Source of the DNA: an uncultured bacterium
GTDB lineage: Bacteria; Krumholzibacteriota; Krumholzibacteriia; Krumholzibacteriales; Krumholzibacteriaceae
NCBI GenBank assembly: GCA_965371515.1
Contig: CBDUYR010000075.1
Coordinates: forward strand, 1 to 10,316
Length of the DNA stretch: 10,316 nt
Direction: 5' to 3'
In this document: positions 6,851 through 10,316 of the stretch, piece after piece
How positions within the stretch are numbered: the stretch's first letter is position 1
Layout of the letters: the number at the start of each line of letters is the position of its first letter
The notes under the pieces: model-generated
Told to the model about the DNA's origin: nothing
What the model saw: the letters and a program-made list of their open reading frames with translations, nothing else
Database searches by the model: none
Made by a program: the position numbers and the translations under genes

Positions 6851-6915
6851 CGGGGAGCGCTCGAACGAGACATTCACGCGGATATCTTACCTTACCGGGT
6901 GCTCCCTGACTTTTT
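6851..6915 (+). terminator. Long imperfect hairpin followed by a short U tract between tusA2 and mvhD (terminator, attenuator or mRNA-stabilising stem)
   Basis: CGGGGAGCGCTCG (6851-6863) pairs with CGGGTGCTCCCTG (6896-6908) allowing G-U; inner GAGACATTC/GGATATCTT extends it; followed by ACTTTTT. Confidence 0.45.
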
Positions 6916-6948
6916 CCGCCGGCTGTTCTGCTGGCAAACGAAACGGAT

Positions 6949-7383
6949 ATGACGGGCAAAGAAAAGGAATTCAGTCCGAACATCGTTGGATTTCTCTGCA
7001 ACTGGTGCACATACGCTGCGGCCGATCTTGCTGGTTCGACGAAACTCGAGATCTCACCGGCTTTCTCGGTGGTGAGGGTGATGTGCTCGAGCCGCGTCGA
7101 TCACAATCTTGTCCTGTCGACCTTCTTCGAAGGGGCGGATGGGGTACTGATCGCAGGCTGCCATCCTGGCGACTGTCATTACGGCAAGGGTAACTATTAT
7201 ACGAGGCGGCGTTACGCCCAGCTGAAGAAGGTCCTCGTGACCCTTGGTCTAGAACCGGAGAGGATCCGCCTCGTCTGGATATCGGCTGCAGAGGGAAAAA
7301 AGTATGCGGAAGTTATCAACAGTTTTACCGAGAAGATCAAGGAACTCGGGCCGAGCCCGATAAACAGCGATCAGCGTCTTTAA
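6949..7383 (+). CDS. mvhD: MvhD/FlpD-family [2Fe-2S] subunit
   Basis: IVGFLCNWCTYAAADLAG, RVMCSSRVD, GADGVLIAGCHPGDCHY.KGNY, GLEPERIRLVWISAAEG, LGPSP. Confidence 0.96.
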   Translation: MTGKEKEFSPNIVGFLCNWCTYAAADLAGSTKLEISPAFSVVRVMCSSRVDHNLVLSTFFEGADGVLIAGCHPGDCHYGKGNYYTRRRYAQLKKVLVTLGLEPERIRLVWISAAEGKKYAEVINSFTEKIKELGPSPINSDQRL

Positions 7384-7398
7384 AGAAGAGTGTGAGGG

Positions 7399-8724
7399 AT
7401 GAACAGGGATAGCGTTCTTGTAATCGGGGCGGGGCTTGCTGGGATGAAGGCCGGACTCCTTCTGGCCAACGCCGGGAAAAAGGTCTACCTCGTCGAGAAA
7501 CTTCCATTGATCGGTGGGATGGCGATAAAGGACGAGGAGAGCTTTCCCAATTTCGAATGTTCCACGTGCATGGTAGCGCCGATTCAGCAGGAGGTGCTGC
7601 AGCACCCTGACATCGAGACGATGACTCTGTCGACAGTCGAAAAGGTAGTGGGGGTCGTCGGCGATTTCAAGGTCACGATCATGAAGGCCGCTCGTTACGT
7701 AAGCATGACAGACTGCATCGGGTGTGGGATGTGTTACGAGCCGTGCCCCGTGTCGATCAGCAACGAGTGGGAAGAAGATCTGGGGGAGATGAAGGCGATA
7801 TACGTTCCCACGGCGGGTTCGCTTCCTAACGTACCGACCATAGACCCGCAGCATTGCATCAAGCTCAACGGAAGCGAGGAGTGCAATGCGTGCGCGGAGG
7901 CCTGCATGTTCGGTGCGATCAAGCTCGACGACAACGATGAAAAAATCGATGTCGAGGTCGCAGCGATAGTAGTTGCTACAGGCGCGGATATATACGACGT
8001 GTCGGGTCTCGAAGCTCTTGGATACGGTTCCTGCCCCGGGGTGTTTACGCCCCTCGAGTTCGAGAGGCTCTTTGCCTCCAACGGTCCGACGTCGGGTGAA
8101 CTGACGATCAGGGATACGGGAATCACACCGAGTAAGATAGCCATAATACATTGCGTTGGCAGGAAAGAGCAGGGTTACTGTTCTAGCGTCTGCTGCATGT
8201 ATTCGCTGAAGTTTGCTCACTTCCTCAAACAGAAACTTCCAGAAGCTCTTGTCAGAAATATCCACTCAGACATATGTGTGCATGACAAGACGTACCAGAA
8301 GTTCTTCGACGGAGTCAGGGGCACGGACACCGAGATGCTCTACTGCTCCTCAATAGAGAATATTTCCGTCTCAGCCAATGGTTCAGGGCTGAAGGTGAAG
8401 TACCCTGATGGGAAAGGGGACGAGCAGACCGTGGATGCCGACATGGTCATCCTGGCGGCGGCGATGGTTCCCGAAAAAGGATTGTCCGGTCTGGCCGAGC
8501 ACCTTGGAATAGAGCTTGATGGAAATGGATTTGTAAGGTCCCTCGAAGAGAATATCGGGTCGATCGAGACAACGATAGAAGGCATATTCATCGCAGGTTC
8601 GGTAGAGGGGCCAAAGGACATACAGACATCTGTGATACAGGCCGAGGCTGCGGCCGGAAAGGTCATGGCATGTCTCGATGCCATGCCGGAGGCGGAGATG
8701 GTCGAGTCAGGGACAGGTGAATAG
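7399..8724 (+). CDS. hdrA: HdrA-like FAD/Fe-S protein, short form (core plus inserted ferredoxin; no N-terminal domain, no C-terminal ferredoxin)
   Basis: VIGAGLAG FAD motif at the very N-terminus, FPNFECSTC, CIGCGMCYEPCP and CIKL..ECNACAEAC, LEFERL, HCVGR..YCSSVCCMYSLK, GPKDIQTSV.QA.AAA. Confidence 0.92.
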   Translation: MNRDSVLVIGAGLAGMKAGLLLANAGKKVYLVEKLPLIGGMAIKDEESFPNFECSTCMVAPIQQEVLQHPDIETMTLSTVEKVVGVVGDFKVTIMKAARYVSMTDCIGCGMCYEPCPVSISNEWEEDLGEMKAIYVPTAGSLPNVPTIDPQHCIKLNGSEECNACAEACMFGAIKLDDNDEKIDVEVAAIVVATGADIYDVSGLEALGYGSCPGVFTPLEFERLFASNGPTSGELTIRDTGITPSKIAIIHCVGRKEQGYCSSVCCMYSLKFAHFLKQKLPEALVRNIHSDICVHDKTYQKFFDGVRGTDTEMLYCSSIENISVSANGSGLKVKYPDGKGDEQTVDADMVILAAAMVPEKGLSGLAEHLGIELDGNGFVRSLEENIGSIETTIEGIFIAGSVEGPKDIQTSVIQAEAAAGKVMACLDAMPEAEMVESGTGE

Positions 8725-10316
8725 ATGAAAGCTAAAGTCGGCATATATATCTGCGAGTGCGGGCCCAACATCTCCGAGAGAGTAGACATCCCGAAGATCA
8801 GCGAGGAACTCCTCTCATCTGGTCGGTACGACGATGTAGAGCTGATAGTGAAGAATTACGGCCTGCTCTGCTCGGGTGACGGCAAGACATTCCTCGAGGA
8901 AGAGATAAAGGAGAACGGCTTCACCCACCTCGTGATAGCCGCCTGTTCTCCTAGAGATCACAACAAGACCTTCATCAATGTCTGCAAGCAGACCGATCTG
9001 AACCCTTATCTATATAAGCTCGTCAATATACGCGAGCACTGTGCCTGGATCATCCCGGACAAGGAGGAGGCATCCAGAAAGGCCATCCAGTACATACACG
9101 GTGGCATAAAGAGGGTGCTTTACCAGTCACAGCTTCTGGAAAAGCAGATCGATATCACGCCGGACGTGCTCGTGCTCGGCGGCGGGATCGCCGGGATGGA
9201 GGCGGCTCTCTCCCTGGCGGGGGAGCAGAGAAGGGTCTACCTGGTGGAGAGATCCGAGGAGTTGGGAGGCGTTTCCGCCGGTTTCAGCAGGTTGCTTCCG
9301 AGGCAGGGAGGAGATACGGGGAAGATCCGCTCTCGTCGCGAAGAAGTTGAAAAGAACGAGAACATAAGGGTATTCAGGAACTCGGAGCTGACCAGGGTCG
9401 TCGGATTCCTCGGCAACTACGAGGTTGTTGTAGAGTCACGCAGCGAAGGGAACCCGGTAGATCTGGTGGTCGGGGCGATAATTGTCGCCACGGGCTTCAG
9501 GCTCGCCAAGCTGGGAGAGATCGCGGGTTTCGATTATTCCGACGACGACGAGGTATACACCTCACTCGAGATCGAGAGGATGGTCGCGAACGGCGACGGG
9601 GTGAGAATGAGGAACGGGGAAGAGCCGAAATCGATAGCGCTCGTTCACTGTGCCGGTCGCAAAGAGAAGGGTTACTGCTCACAGATATGCTGCAATTACA
9701 TGATGAAGATAGCCAGCTATATAAAGGATCAGTCGGCGGACATAGATGTAGCGGAGTATTTTAAGGGCCTCTGTCTTCCACACAAGGAGGACCAGAAGTT
9801 CCAGGAGAGCGTTGCTCAGACTGGAGTCGATTTCAGGAGATCTGAGTCGATCGGCATCATGGGAACGACGGTCGTGTCGGTGGGGATGGATAGTGAAGAG
9901 TCTAAGCAGAAGTTCGACATGGTTATAGTCGCTCCGGCAATGGAGCCGGCAGGGGGGACCGAGGCTCTTGCAGAGCTTCTCGAACTTCCCCTCCACGAAA
10001 CAGGTTTCTTCGAGGAAGCCCACCAGTCGATAAATCCGACGGGGACTACTACTGATGGAATGTTCGTGATAGGCGCGGCGCAGGGTCCGAGAGGGATCAG
10101 CTCATCGATGCTCTTTGCCCAGGCGGCGGCAGGCGAGATTGCCACTCAACTCATCCCTGGACAGAAGATCACTCCAGAGGTAAAGGTTTCCGAGATCCTC
10201 GAGGCTTACTGCACAGGGTGCATGACATGTCTCGAGGTCTGCGCTTACGGAGCTATTTATTTCGATGATGACAAGGCGATATCAGTGGTCAACGAGGCCA
10301 TATGCCGGGGATGCGG
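8725..10316 (+). CDS. hdrA: Second HdrA-like FAD/Fe-S protein (N-terminal domain, core and C-terminal ferredoxin), 3'-truncated by the window
   Basis: Manually translated open frame of 530 codons from ATG 8725: MKAKVGIYICECGPNI, LLCS, AACSPRDH, LNPYL..VNIREHCAW, VLGGGIAG, LEIERM, HCAGR..YCSQICCNYMMK, GPRGI, CTGCMTCLEVCAY, ICRGC. Missing from the ORF track because there is no stop in the window. Confidence 0.93.
   Translation, partial: MKAKVGIYICECGPNISERVDIPKISEELLSSGRYDDVELIVKNYGLLCSGDGKTFLEEEIKENGFTHLVIAACSPRDHNKTFINVCKQTDLNPYLYKLVNIREHCAWIIPDKEEASRKAIQYIHGGIKRVLYQSQLLEKQIDITPDVLVLGGGIAGMEAALSLAGEQRRVYLVERSEELGGVSAGFSRLLPRQGGDTGKIRSRREEVEKNENIRVFRNSELTRVVGFLGNYEVVVESRSEGNPVDLVVGAIIVATGFRLAKLGEIAGFDYSDDDEVYTSLEIERMVANGDGVRMRNGEEPKSIALVHCAGRKEKGYCSQICCNYMMKIASYIKDQSADIDVAEYFKGLCLPHKEDQKFQESVAQTGVDFRRSESIGIMGTTVVSVGMDSEESKQKFDMVIVAPAMEPAGGTEALAELLELPLHETGFFEEAHQSINPTGTTTDGMFVIGAAQGPRGISSSMLFAQAAAGEIATQLIPGQKITPEVKVSEILEAYCTGCMTCLEVCAYGAIYFDDDKAISVVNEAICRGC

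Noticed and set aside
6949..10316. Selenocysteine (TGA) recoding in MvhD/HdrA, or readthrough of the tusA-1 TGA stop (1222-1224)
   Set aside because: Positions that are Sec in some homologues are Cys codons here (CNWC, GDCHY, ECSTC) with no in-frame TGA. TusA-1 ends at the normal family C-terminus (YIRKA).
7399..10316. Calling the hdrA pair a frameshifted single hdrA, qmoAB or sHdrA
   Set aside because: Each gene has its own complete FAD core and the domain order is not collinear with one HdrA. No apr genes or lipoate-binding protein genes are visible, and ferredoxin domains plus a free-standing mvhD do not fit sHdrA. Qmo cannot be fully excluded without downstream sequence.
1..10316. CRISPR arrays, tRNA/rRNA genes, transposases or integrases
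   Set aside because: No spaced direct repeats, RNA gene signatures or recombinase motifs were seen.

Overview
Bacterial window dominated by one co-oriented (+ strand) sulfur-trafficking/heterodisulfide-reductase cluster. Gene order: arsR-family regulator, tusA, yedE/yeeE-family transporter, rhodanese lipoprotein, tandem rhodanese lipoprotein, OprO/P-like porin, exported two-domain sulfurtransferase, DsrE-family protein, second tusA, mvhD, hdrA-like gene 1, hdrA-like gene 2 (runs off the window and is absent from the ORF track). Upstream lie the 3' end of a gene with a T9SS/FlgD-type C-terminal sorting motif (hinting at an FCB-group host), a near-perfect palindrome and a truncated membrane-protein remnant. 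The most striking signals are (i) an apparently envelope-spanning persulfide relay wired to an MvhD-HdrA module, (ii) SoxY-like GGCGG motifs on both a rhodanese lipoprotein lacking its catalytic Cys and a porin, and (iii) two HdrA paralogues with complementary domain losses. All calls come from reading motifs by eye; no searches were run.
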